Source: Amoeboaphelidium protococcarum X5
Lineage: Eukaryota > Fungi > Aphelidiomycota
DNA length: 64,000 nt
Reading direction: 5' to 3'
NCBI GenBank assembly: GCA_023515725.1
Contig: JALDTO010000192.1
Coordinates: 1-64,000, forward strand
Shown here: one piece after another, positions 27,092-39,901 of the stretch
Position numbering within the stretch: position 1 is the first letter of the stretch
Layout of the letters: each line of letters opens with the position of its first letter
Program-made: the position numbers and the translations under genes
The notes under the pieces: generated by a model
Database searches by the model: none
Told to the model about the DNA's origin: nothing
What the model saw: the letters and a program-made list of their open reading frames with translations, nothing else

Positions 27092-27313
27092 ATAAACTGC
27101 GCGTGCGACCAACACTGTTTCAGAAATATCAGCTTCAGTATCAGATATACAGTTGCCTATATCTGACTCTGATATCAGCATTCAAAATAAAAAGTGCCGT
27201 GAGAAGCCTAAAAGAAAGTCGTAGTCAAAATATAGTATGATTTAATTTCCAATCTCAATACTTATTTCATTACTTTTGTAGAGCGAACTTCACTGTTAAG
27301 AGAGATTTTGAGA

Positions 27314-30300
27314 ATGAACACTACCAATGGAATGTCCATCAGCAATTATGTCCCTCCTCCTGGTGCAAGGAAGATCAAGAGGCAGAGAGAAGACGCAGAA
27401 AATGCACCGATCCATCCTGGTAAGACTTGGAAGTGCCCGATATGTAAAAATCTTCATTTCCCATCTAATAAGAAGCCGCACACTAAATTTTGTTTGGAAT
27501 AGTTAAAGAAGAACAACAGTATCGCAGGTTCCGCGAATACTTTGTCAAGTTGGCTGACTGGAGCATCCTTACAATCAGTGGACTCTTTCGCTAATGTACC
27601 AGTTCATCAATCCGCGTCTGATCAGACGCCTGAAACAAATGATATTAATGCTCATCATGATACTACCTCCTCAGTCGAAAATGATGATCAAGTTAATGCC
27701 ACGTTAGTGATTGAGTAGAAAGATTAGAATTGGAGAAGTCATCCCTCCACCGCATTTATAGTCAAGTACACTGATGAGATTGACTACGCCATTAAAGGAA
27801 CAGGTTCGCGCGGCTATCAATGCAATGCAACGTCGTCAAGGTGTCATGGTGTCTGCGATTGCAAGCCGCTGAATCCTCTGTCCTGGCGTGATATCTGGAT
27901 TTATCCGCCTAATCCTTTATTAGTCTCAGATTATATGGAGAGCTAGGATTTTGTGAAGGAGAAAGTTATATTCTGGACGCCAGAAGTGTTTTTCCATCAT
28001 CTTGGTGTTCGCCACATGCCTTGTCCAGTTCATGGCGTTGTGGATGGTCACGTTAAGGTAGCAGGCTGGTCAGCAGTAGGGCCTCGAAAAGTAATAGGCA
28101 TTGGTCAGTCGTATTACATCATGTTCAAGAGGTACAAATGCAATCTGTGTCACTGTGGTACTGGTGGCAGGACTGGTAAGGAGTTTCGTGGAATAGATCC
28201 AGATACTTTGCAGCATCTTCCTCCTCATGTTTAGCAATAGTTGCCGTGTACGGTGATTGACAACACGATCCTGGACAACTAATTGATTTAATTAATGGAT
28301 AGGATGATCATGCGAGGAGTCTCTTTTAATGAGTTTGTAAAGATGTTGGATGAGCTGTTCAACAACTAGCATTAATCAAGACATCTTGCCTATCTGTCCG
28401 CATCAACATTTGTTAGAAGGAACCCATAGAAGACTTTAATGTTTTAAGCTTTGCCTGCACTGATTGACCCATTTCCAGAATTCAGCGACAAAGATTAGTA
28501 TAACGTATCCATTCCATCCACTACTGTTTTAAAGAAATTCTATTATAAGAGCCAAATGGATGTGTATGATCTGAAGAACGCCGCTGTCGCGCAAGTTACT
28601 GGCAAAGTTTTGAGCGGTGATCACACTTTCAAAGCAGCCAAGGTGCCTGTGTCTAAGTCTCAGTAGATATTTGAGGGATTATACTCCTTGGTGAATGAGT
28701 ATGGCCAAGTAGCTGGATTCTGGCTTGTGCCAAACAAAAGTCTGAAAGAGTTGACTGGTGAATTTGAAGTCTTGAAGCAGCGCTATGCGGCCAAAGATGA
28801 AGAGGGTCCTCAGGCTTTCTTCACAGATCTCTGCTGCACTGAAAGAGCATTTCTCTCTGATATGTTTGAATCTCTGTCAGCTACTGGATAAGGATAGCGA
28901 GTACTCTTGGATATATTTCATTTCATGGAGCGGTATCCTGTTAAGAAGAAACATCCTCTATACTCTCTCTTTGCCTCCAACCTCCGCGACGCGATATTCA
29001 TCTGTTCTGAAGAAGACATGCAAGATGTGAAGTCAGTATTACAGCAGCGTGGAGTATCAGATAAGTAAATGGATCAGATCAAGAGAAGCTATCTATTGCG
29101 TAATGGTAAAGTGAGAAGATTTGTTCCACCTGCGGATATTTTGTCGAATAGAATTGATCAGGTGGTCTAAATGTTCAGAGCGGTTAACAGTGAGTTCATT
29201 GATGATCAAGTAATGAAACATCACGAGCGTAATCTGAAGCACGCCAAAGATGGCTGTTTATCAGATCCTCCTGGTGTTGACATGTACTTGCAATTAAAGC
29301 CTGGAGATGATGGATCTTTTAAGTAGTTCAAGTGTTTTAGAGGTACCAGCCAATAAGAAGGATATCACATGATGTTGTACAATGCGTTTTAAGCAAAGTC
29401 TATCTCTCCTGAGCTATATAATGTTATGCTCATGGACTTTGTCTACAGAAGAAATCAAGATGCGGCACTGACCTGTGGGCTGACTCCGGATTTTCATATT
29501 TACAACCCACTAGTGCTGAGCTAAATTAAGCAGTTGTATGTCGACAATGCGAAATACTTCAAGTGTCCTGTTTTTGAGAATCTGACCATTCCACAGGTAT
29601 CTGAATTCTCAAAATCTGTTAAATTTGGCTGTAGTAAGTATTTGGGCAAATCTCTTGATCTAAAGAACATTTCTGACTAGTAGCTGATGATGGAATGCGA
29701 AGGTGGCTTTGATGAAGAACTGATTGATGCACTGGCCGATCCAGTTGAAGTTGATTTGACTGTTATTGATATGGATTAGAGTGATATATCTACTGAGCCC
29801 ATCAAGCTGAACTCTGATGATATGATCTCTAAGTTTGCATTCAATGTCATATCACGTCCCGTCTCCTCCCAAAAAGAGCTCATCTTATTCATGTCACTGT
29901 TTGAACAATATTGCACCAAGAAAAACGGTGATGATAAGTAAGTAGATTATGAGTAAATGGCTGATCGATGGAATTTTCTGGTTTATAACAAGATTGCCGC
30001 CTGCTCAAATTAGTCTGAAGTTGATGATTTGTTATCAGAATACTCTTTTAAAGCACCAAGCCATTTGAAGAGTTTTGAAGATATTGTGGAACGTAAGTTG
30101 GCATGCAAATACGCGATTGATCCATTTAAGGCCCAGTTCAGACAGCTATAAAATCATTTGACTGACCCAACAGCATTGCATATTCCGTTCGAAATTCCGT
30201 AGTTGCATTAGGTGTCTACTGAGTAAACTGTCTAAGTAGTTGAACATGTATCTGTAGAAACACAGACTTCATTGAACAATTTGAGCTGCATCTGTCCTGC

Positions 30301-30877
30301 TACTCAGTCTGTTTAGAGTGTCAATGATTTGCTTGCTACTGCAGATTAGGATATTTAGAGATTAGTTGATAGTATAGACGATGCTTACTTCACCAATCTG
30401 GATATGGGCACTTTGTTCAATCCAGTTTTGGGTCTGCCTGATGGTGATGATATTCCTAGAGTTGACAATTTTGGAGAGAATGTAGACATCAACGAACAGC
30501 CGACCTTTAACTAATTAACTTATCATACCGTCGATATCATTTAAGCTGATACTGGGCCTGTCACAATGACTGAGGCTGTCAATTTGACTGAACTGCTGCG
30601 TTAGAGATTCGGCGACGACGTGTTGACACCTGAAAACGGATTTGTCAATGAAGAAGAGTTGGACAGTAATTTGAGAAGCGAATCAGTGAAACAAGTCTGC
30701 AAAATCTGCTGGAAGCCAAGATTGATGGCTGATTCCAATTAATGTACTGAAGGCCATTCTTCCAAAAGATGCGATGCATCAAGTTAGTTAGACGATTCTT
30801 TGTTGTAAATGCGTACAAGTCTCTATAAAAAGTTCAGAAAGCGTGTAGAAAGAGAGAGAAAGTTGAAATAGACGTGA
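27314..30877 (+). CDS. DDE-type transposase with Cys/His clusters, 1187 aa, uninterrupted under TAR=Gln
   Basis: LSGDHTFK (D1), VNEYGQV, FFTDLCC (D2), LLDIFHFMER (DxxH), GCLSDPPGV, FRGTSQQEGYH (E); terminal CxxC-H clusters; translated end to end to TGA 30875-30877. Confidence 0.8.
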
Positions 30878-30960
30878 TTTTATGAACTGATTGAGTAATT
30901 GAGTGGATATGATCGCAGATCTTCGGTTTCTTCTTACTCATCCCTTGAAATCCGTATAAA

Positions 30961-30993
30961 ATATCGCAACCGACCTGCGGTCGGCAGCGATAT
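30961..30993. repeat. GC-rich hairpin near the right end of the transposon
   Basis: atatcgc-aa-ccgacc-tgc-ggtcgg-ca-gcgatat: 7-bp and 6-bp stems. Confidence 0.8.
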
Positions 30994-31563
30994 AATTTTT
31001 TCCCGACTAGGCGTATAACCATATAATTTGCCGAATACTGTTGTTGAAAGAATCACGTCTACACAATTAGATCCAAGATAGAATCAAGGTCTGTGAATAA
31101 CAATATACGTTTTCAACTTTAATACTAAATAGCAACTGTTTAGATACTGGTTTCCAAGCACTAACAGTGAGCTAATTTTTGTCAAGCTAAACAACGCTCG
31201 TCATCATCGTCATCATCATTATCAAGAAGATTGCTTTGAAACACCGAAAGTCTAAGAGGACAACAACGACGGCGACGGCAAAGAAGAATAGAAACAGAAA
31301 CAAACAGGCGCTTGATCTCTCTCTCCACTCGCTCACAGTTGAAAGCACAGTAAATTTGGGAGAAAGAACGAACAGTCCGAATTGGTTTCGAAACTTGAAA
31401 CGATTGTTATTTATTCTGGCTGATATATTTGTACACATCCTGTCTGCTATTAGCACAATTAGAGTTTGTACCTATCAGTTCAAGGAGTTGAGTGTATACT
31501 TTGTAATTGACAATTTTTGATTTATATTACAACATATCAGTCAGTAATTTTGAGTATTGAAAA

Positions 31564-32631
31564 ATGGGAATTTGTATTAGTAAAGACTCTGCTGAGCAGG
31601 CTGCAAAGAATGCAGAAATTGAAAAGGATCTGAAGGCGTAGAAGGCTGCAATGAAGAATGAGGTCAAGATGTTGCTCCTTGGTGCCGGTGAATCTGGCAA
31701 GTCGACTATTCTTAAATAGATGCAGCTGATTCATGGTAGTGGTTACAATGCTTAGGAGAGAGAATCGTACAAGGAAATCATTTTCTCCAATGTTTCACAG
31801 TCCATGAAGGTGATCCTGGAAGCTATGGAGGTGCTCAAAATTGAATTGTCTGGTGAGTCTAACAAGAAGCACGCCTCTGTGATCCTTGAGCTGCCTCCTT
31901 AGCTGGAAGGTACTGAGCAGATGCCAAAGGAGATTGCTGACGCTATCAAGGCTCTCTGGTCTGATGCTGGAGTATAGAAGGCATTCGCTAGAAAGAAGGA
32001 GTATCAGCTGAATGACTCTGCCAAGTACTACTTTGACAATATTGACCGTATTTGTGCTGCAGGCTATGCTCCTTCTGATCAGGATATTCTGCATAGTCGT
32101 GTCAAGACTACGGGTATCATTGAGACCACCTTTAAAATCGATCAGTTGATTTACCGTATGTTTGACGTGGGTGGACAACGTTCTGAGCGTAAGAAGTGGA
32201 TTCACTGCTTTGAAAATGTGACTGCAGTCATCTTTCTGGCTGCCATTTCTGAGTATGACCAGACTCTGATTGAAGATGAGACTGTGAATCGTATCCAGGA
32301 GGCTTTGACTCTGTTTGACTCTATTTGCAACTCTAAATGGTTTGCCAATACCAGTATGATTCTCTTTTTGAACAAGATTGATTTGTTCAAAGAGAAATTG
32401 ACCAAGAGTCCGCTGACTGACTACTTTTCAGACTTTTCTGGTGGTGACAGTTATGAGTAGGCCAGTGCGTTCCTTCTGAATAAGTTTGTCGAGTTGAACA
32501 AGTCTCCGCAAACCAAGCAGATTTATGCTCACTTTACCTGTGCTACTGACACTGCTTAAATCAAGTTTGTCATGGCTGCAGTGACCGATATTATCATCTA
32601 GAAAAATCTGAGAGATACTGGTCTGATGTGA
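31564..32631 (+). CDS. Heterotrimeric G protein alpha subunit (Gi-like), 355 aa
   Basis: MGIC N-terminus; [17 protein letters not shown]; RVKTTGI; [12 protein letters not shown]; FLNKID; TCATDT; TGA 32629-32631. Confidence 0.96.
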
Positions 32632-32981
32632 GCGTCCCTCATCTTTTAATGTGTGGTGGGATTGATAGCTTTATGAGGTTATTACTTGTGATTGAATTAG
32701 TGAATAAAGTTGGTATAATTTTAACTTGATACTGTTGATTAGGCGAGAGTTAAACGCTACAAAAATTGGCCGTGTTTTCTATGAAGGTTTCCTCCTTCGC
32801 TGTATTTTCAGCCAGATTTGACGTTCAAAATGTCGTCCCGTTTCAAAACCATTTTGAGGCGTCAAACATTGTTTCTCTCCCTGTTATGGTGGCGTGATCT
32901 CCGTTCCATTACTGTACTTCTTTGTTTGTATCTCAGTGTTTGAGTATTGCGATATTGCTATTGCTAAAAAAAATTGTTAAA

Positions 32982-33748
32982 ATGCCTTCAATGAAGACCC
33001 CTTTGTATGGTTTGGATAAGGAACTGGCCGAGAAGTAAGATTCCAAGTATGATCTCAATTAAGAGCAGGATGCCAAGGAGTGGATTGAGAATGTGCTGGG
33101 TGAGAAGGTGTTCACTTCAGGGGATTTTCTGGATGGCTTGAAAGACGGCGTGGTTCTATTAAAATTGCTGAACAAGGTGGCACCCAACACTGCCAAGATT
33201 AACAAGTCTTCAATGCCGTTCCAGTAGATGGAGAATATCGCCAATTTTCTGAATAAGAGCCACCAGCTGTTGGGCATTCCGAAACACGAATCATTCCAGA
33301 CTGTTGATTTGTACGAGAAGAAGAACAAGCTGGCAGTCTTACTTGCTATTTACAGTTTTGCTAGACATTCTTAGAAGTATCTGAGCGATAATGGTATGGC
33401 TATTGATGTTGTATTTCATAGACGTAACATGATGGTATTTATGACTTTGTTAGTGTAGGAAAGCCGTAGTTGCCGCAATTAGGACCCAAGCTGGCGGATA
33501 AACATGAAGTCTCATTCAGTGATGAACAATTGAATGCTGGCAAGAATATCCCCTCTCAGTAATCTGTAAGATTTTTTGTACTGATATTAGATATCAAATT
33601 TGTTGATTGCTAAACGTAAAGTTCGTTGTAGGGATATTAATCTGGAAAAGCTGCAGCGGAAAGAGGTGCGACTTAGAGTGGTATCAATTTTGGTGTTAAG
33701 CGCTAGCCTGTCTCTCAAGGGTCTTTGGGCAACTTGAATAAGAATTGA
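32982..33748 (+). CDS. Calponin/transgelin (Scp1-like), about 211 aa; introns 33394-33458 and 33566-33631
   Basis: YGLDKEL, LKDGVVLLKL, PFQQMENIANFL, FQTVDLYEKKN, GPKLA, calponin repeat GATQSGINFG; TGA 33746-33748. Confidence 0.9.
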
Positions 33749-34636
33749 AATAAGTTATTACTTTTTACTGACCGGGCCCATATGCGCGGTTGGAGAAATT
33801 AAAGATGAATTTGTTAAATTTACTAAAAAAGTTGTTGATTGACACGTCCTTCAAGTAATTAAGTGAGGAGTATTCCACTAGCGTTATGTTTTCTAAATGT
33901 TGCACTAAGTTGTAAGCAACAAAGGTATCAATTTGTCCGAGTTCTTAACAACTTATTCAACGAACAAAACGTTATACAGGACATAGATATGCACAGAGTA
34001 CAAATTCAAAAGTTAAATTCAGCATTTTTGACGATTAATTACATTTAGAGTAAATCGGTAAAGTAATCCAGGTCTATGATGCTCGTTTGTTATTCGCGCG
34101 CTGATTCGTGCGTGAACGGAGTGTTTAAACGTCTTTAAAGTGTACGCGCCAAGTAGAAGGTATCGGAGGCAGAGTTGTCTGTCTTTTCAAGCTGTCTCTT
34201 CAAAACTAGTGAAATCGTCGATTGTCAATGGAGTAGCACACACTATCGCCATAGCGCGGATTAAATTAATAGCGTCAGTGAAGAGTACGCAATGAGCAAT
34301 TAAATTATTGGAATGAAAACATGCGGCAGAAATATTAATGGGGGACTATTGAAATCCAATTAAGCCCTGCATCTTGGTCTAAGGGATCTAGGTGGTAATA
34401 AACTATCACAATCAGGCTAGAATAGTTGCACAAGGACTCCTTAAATTTTACGAATCCCACGCACTGAAAATATAGTCTGCACGCATAAATTATGCCATGA
34501 GTTATTAGTTGGATGTATATAAGTGTGTAATGAAAAAATTATATAAAGTCAGTTCTATATCAATACTTTATTGCGTTCATACCGTTATCATTTCATTATA
34601 ACGCGTTAACGGCAATTCATTTTATCGACACCCCAA

Positions 34637-36298
34637 TCACATGCCCATACCCATGCCCATTCCACCACCCATTGGAGGCATTGGCTCATCCTTCTTAGGA
34701 GCATCCACGATCATGCACTCGGATGTGCTTAATAAAGATGCGACACCACTGGAGTCCACCAAGGCTGTGCGAACAACCTTCAAAGGGTCGATAACACCAG
34801 CCTTAATCATGTCGGTGTATTCTCCAGTGGCGGCATTGAATCCATACTCAAACTGGTCGGCATTCTCCAAGATCTTGCCAACAACCACAGATCCTTCCAT
34901 ACCAGCATTATCAACAATAGTGCGAGCAGGGTATTTAATAGCTTTGCGTACCAACTCTACACCCAGATTCTGATCGAAAGTGTCCAATTTCAGGGATTCA
35001 AGCACCTTGGTAGCCTTCAGTAGAGCAACACCACCACCAGGCACAATACCTTCCTCAACAGCTGCACGCGTAGCATTTAAAGCATCAACGAAGCGATCCT
35101 TCTTCTCACCAACCTCAACTTCACTGGCACCGCCAACTTTGATGACAGCGACACCGCCAGACAATTTAGCCAGACGCTCCTGCAACTTCTCCTTCTCATA
35201 CTCGGAGCTGGTCTCACCAATCAGGGAACGCAGCTGTTCACAGCGAGCATTCAGAGCACTCTTATCACCGTTACCGTTCAGCAGGATCGTATCATCCTTG
35301 GTCACAGTCACAGATCCAGTTGTGCCCAGCATATGAGGCTCCACCTTCTCCAACTTCATATCCAGCTCCTCAGAGAACACTTGACCACCAGTCAGCACGG
35401 CCAAATCTTGCAGAATAGCCTTTCTGTTATCACCAAAGCCTGGAGCCTTCACAGCAGCAACCTGGATCTGACCACGCAACTTGTTCAAGATCAAAGCAGC
35501 CAATGCTTCTCCATCAACATCTTCAGCGACGATGATCAATGGACGGCGTTCGCGAGCACTAATCTCCAGAGTTGGCAGGATATCCTGAATCATGGAGATC
35601 TTCTTCTCACTCAGCAAGATGTAAGGCTTCTCAAACTCAACTTTCTAGTTCTTGGTGTCAGTGATAAAGTATGGAGAGATGAATCCGCGATCGAAGCGCA
35701 TACCTTCAGTGACACTCAACTCGTCATCCAAAGTCTTACCTTCCTACACGGTGATCACACCCTCCTTACCAACCTTCTCCATAGCCTATGCGATCAGATC
35801 GCCGACGTGTTTATCACCATTTGCAGAGATGGTGGCAACTTAAGCAACCTCAGCACTCGTAGTGATATCCTTCTTCTTTTCCTATAAGAACTCAACCACC
35901 TTATCGACGGCTGCCTGAACACCACGACGCATCTCGATTGGATTGACACCAGACGCGACATTCTTCAGTCCCTCCAAGAAGATGGCTCTGGTCAGGACAG
36001 TGGCAGTGGTAGTACCATCACCAGCAGCCTCATTAGTCTTGTTGGCCACATCTTGAACCAATCGAGCGCCCAGATTCTAAAACTTGTCCTCCAGCACGAT
36101 ACTCTTGGCGACGGTGACACCATCCTTGGTGATCTTTGGGGAACCATAAGTTTGTTCAATCAACACGTTCCTTCCTCTTGGACCGAGAGTGACAGCCACA
36201 GCCTTGGCCAAGATATCGACACCTTTCGCCAGTTCAGCGCGTCCATCCGCTCCAAAATTAATCAGCTTGTGTTGATAACGCTTAGATACTTTTAACAT
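34637..36298 (-). CDS. HSP60: Mitochondrial chaperonin Hsp60, 553 aa
   Basis: [44 protein letters not shown] tail; TGA 34637-34639. Confidence 0.97.
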
Positions 36299-36431
36299 TT
36301 TACCAGGATATGATCGCTTAATTACGTAGATCAATCTATTCGAAAGTTAAACAATTGACGTATGTTCTCTATTGATCAAATGAAAATCGCGCTAGTTCAA
36401 TCTAAAAATTTCCCAAATCTATCGCGGATAC

Positions 36432-36439
36432 TTCTAGAA
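36432..36439. promoter_or_regulatory. Heat-shock-element core (TTCtaGAA) in the bidirectional HSP60/HSP10 promoter
   Basis: ttctagaa lies between the two divergent chaperonin genes. Confidence 0.55.
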
Positions 36440-36613
36440 CGTAATGGAAAATTAATTTTGGGTTAAGCGACAACAATTAAGCAGAGCGACTAAGCGAGCG
36501 GGTCCTCAAAGTTTGCGTAGTTGCTGTTCCCTCAATCGCACCTTTTTATATCTTGGTAATTTGAAATTTACATTTAAACTCATTCTTGATTGCTTTATAA
36601 GTATCTAGCTAAT

Positions 36614-36981
36614 ATGGTAAGATTATAATTGAATGGAACAATCTATATGAGTAATATCGCGCATGTACTTGTGTGTAGTCATCTGCAAAGAAGTTGGTAC
36701 CATTGTTGGATCGCGTCCTCGTTCGTCGCGTTAAAGCTCCAGAGAAGACTGCCAGTGGAATTTACATCCCTGAGAAGGCACAAGAGGCTCTGAATGAAGG
36801 ACTTGTGCTTGCAGTTGGACCAGGAAGTGTGAATAATTAGACTGGATAACGCGTGGCAATGTCTCTTAAAGAGGGCGATAAGGTGGTCTTGCCATCGTTC
36901 GGCGGATAGACTGTGAAGGTGAACAGTGAAGAACTGCACTTGTTCCGCGAGAGCGATATCCTCGGCAAGATTGTTGATTGA
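36614..36981 (+). CDS. HSP10: Mitochondrial co-chaperonin Hsp10, 101 aa; intron 36617-36678 directly after ATG
   Basis: [33 protein letters not shown]; TGA 36979-36981; absent from the ORF track. Confidence 0.93.
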
Positions 36982-37103
36982 TCAACTGATGATGATCAAT
37001 GAAATTGTGATACCTTATGAAGACTCTTATAGATTTTGCGTCATATATTTATAAGCTTAGCAAAATGCCTATATAAACTCATTTCAAACAATGTTCTTAT
37101 ATT

Positions 37104-39494
37104 TCACTTTTATTCTTACTGAGATTAAGCAGCATCTTGCTTAGTAGTAGAAGTATTACCTTACGATGAAGCCTAAGACTGTTATTACTAAGGCTTCTGC
37201 TACAACTACTATTACTATAGCTACTGCTGCTGTTATAACTACTGCTTCTTTTATTAGTGTAGACTAGCGACCACAGTCTGCGCCAACTTTAAATTCTATT
37301 AAAACAATGCTGGCTATTTTCGCGCCATTTCCAGTAGATTAGTAGTTGTGATGGCTTACAAATATGATGGATTCTAAGCTAGAACAGTGGCAGCAGAGTA
37401 TGCATTTAAAGGAGCAATATTTGTGAGCGGAGGAAGAGCAACACTAGCCTTTTGTGCCTGTGACTGATTATTCTAATTTAACAACTGGTTCGCAGCATTC
37501 AGATTTAATGGCGGTGCAGCAAGTCTAGCTTTAGATATATCAACAGCAGGAGGACTGGATTTACTGATTTGTGCAGGAGTAGTGGGAGGTGTTTTGAGTG
37601 GAACATCCGCATTTAACCCCGGCTTAACGTCATTTTTATTACCAGCCGCTGATGAAGTCGCGTTAGCAGAGCTGCTATCTGCTTGCAAAGTCTTTGCTTG
37701 AGTCTTTTGCAGAGCAGCACTGAATAGACTTTTGAACAGATTACTCTGAGCCAAGTTGGTCGCAGACTTGAATAAAGGCGACGAGACTGGCGATCGATAA
37801 TTAGTATATCGTTCATACTTTTTGCTCTATACATCGCACGCACTTGCACCATCATCAGTATCCAGATCAGTCTAACCATCCTTCCTAGCAGAGGTAAACG
37901 GCGTCTTCATCGGAATGCCCAATTCTAAATTGGTCTACCGCACAATCTGAGTAGCAATCTTGTTAGCCTCCTGCTTTTGCACTTAATGTGTTTTCTCAAT
38001 ATGATACTTAAGCCCATTCAAATTCTTATATCGCTTGTGGCAAGTCTCGAATGAACACACGTAAGGCTTTAATAATCGAGTGGCAGCATCTGCTTCATCT
38101 TCTTCTTTTCCACAATGACCATGCATTTTGTGATACTTGAGACCATTAGCGTTCTTATAAGCTTTATCGCAATTAGGATGTTGGCACTTGTAAGGTTTCT
38201 CGATACGATTACCATCCTCATCATAGAACTGAGGAGCGTCGCGTATCTTTCGACCATTCTTGGCCGCATCTTTACCAGCGGCATCAGGATCCTCACAGTC
38301 GCTACAAGCTTGCTCATCGCCCTCAGCGCCTGCACCATCTATGCTACCATCCTCTTTACATAGAATTCCAACAGTCACATCATCGATGCCATTAAATTCT
38401 TCGTCGTCACAAGAGTCGCCCTGTCCCGGACCAACAATATCGCTCATCATCCTTAATCTCTTGTTATTGCGCGCAATCTCCTCCTAGGCCTCCTCTAATG
38501 CTTTCAGACCCAAATCATCTTCCACTTCACCGACAATACAAATCAACGGGTTATTGGACCGGCGAATGCTGCGCTTACTGCCTACTCGAGTGACCACAGA
38601 GTTCTCGAAAGCAGAAAGATGTTACTGAAAGCCAATCGACGAGCAGTTACCGAGCTATGAGGGGTTGACGTACTATCTAAACATATCTTGCAACTCTGAA
38701 TCTGAATGCTCCTCAAGCACCTCATCAATCAAGTCGTGGCACAGATCTGACTGAAGGAAATCCTTCTCATCCTCAGAGAAGTACCGACCTCCATGCGGCA
38801 AAGCAGAGCTGAGCGTGATGTATTGCTACCTGTCCTCATTACCACTACTGTTATAATCGGAATCTTCAATAAGGACATGATGCTCCTCATAATGCTGTAG
38901 CAGTTCATGCATGTCAGCGAGAACACGTCCGCAACACGTAAAATCCTTACAAAACTCATCTTCCAGTCTCTGTACATCAGCGTATGAATTGTCATGAGCC
39001 AACAAGCAAATATCATTCAACTGATGCGTATAAGGCAAAATATCAGTCTCCATACTCTTGGATCGCTGGTGTCTATTAGCACCTGAGCCAAATGAATTGT
39101 GTCCACCATTCAAGTGAAAAGAGGCGGCGCTCTCATCATCATCGTCGTCGTCATCGTCATCTGCATCAGAAGCAGAATAGTGACCCTTATCACCGGCGGC
39201 GCTGAAATCTTTATGCAAATCCAGCATTGATAAATTGGAATCCATGACATCACTTGCCTACACGAATTACTCCAAGTACTCCAGATCGGACTGGATGTCA
39301 GATTGGTCGCCATCGCCCGCCGCATCGTCCTCGTTCTCTTATGGCAACACTTCGCTGTCTACTTCATCATTATCGTCCCCTTCAGAGTCGCTACTTAGCA
39401 TGGCGTCAGCTTCTATAATTAATTCAATGTCATGCTCCACATCCTCATTATTGCTCTCAAATTCAAATCCATCCACTTCCAGTTCAGCACTCAT
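37104..39494 (-). CDS. SFP1: Sfp1-like split C2H2 zinc-finger transcription factor, about 796 aa (start uncertain)
   Basis: FCKDFTCCG...LLQHYEEHH; KPYKCQHPNCDKAYKNANGLKYHKMHGH; KRYKNLNGLKYH; polyQ tail; TGA 37104-37106. Confidence 0.85.
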
Positions 39495-39901
39495 GACGCG
39501 CTTGTTGCGATTCCTGAGGCGATACTAGCCGCGTGATTTATTACTTCGCAATAGACTACCATAGATGAAATAAAAACATTTAAAATACTTAATATGCAAT
39601 ATATTCCTACTTTCTATAATTAACTGTATTATGAGACGCGTTCTAGCTGTTCTCATGCACAAGTTCCATCTTTATGCCTTCTGATCCCATGTTGTGTGTT
39701 GTACTTTTTGTTGTGTTTTCGCGAGAATGGAACCATCGAGGCGATCTGAGCAACTGACGCGGCGGTTCTTTGAGGAGGCGCACAGCTCGTTATTAGCGAG
39801 TATACTGCACTTGCACCTACCTACCGGTACGCTGGGCATCTTTAATCAAAATTGGACTATTGAGATTTTAAATACGAAAATGGCTGACAAGAATTTATAT
39901 T

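Larger units (their letters stand above)
26996..31032 (+). mobile_element. Putative DNA transposon (DxxH/Mutator-like group) with tentative boundaries
   Basis: Encloses a transposase ORF; flanked by the 8-bp direct repeat GAATACTG (26988-26995 and 31033-31040); GG...CC termini; left TGTCGCT motif array and right hairpin. Confidence 0.55.

Noticed and set aside
30961-31010. Helitron 3' end (hairpin followed by CTAG at about 31007)
   Set aside because: CTAG is followed by G rather than T, there is no Rep/helicase, and the adjacent ORF is a DDE transposase.
33750-34636. Hidden gene or ncRNA in the ~0.9-kb gap between calponin and HSP60
   Set aside because: Only short ORFs and no recognisable RNA motif by eye; an Infernal/Rfam search would be needed.
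39495-39660. Upstream exon extending SFP1
   Set aside because: The frame is open upstream, but the candidate acceptor is GGTAG and no convincing donor was found; left unresolved.
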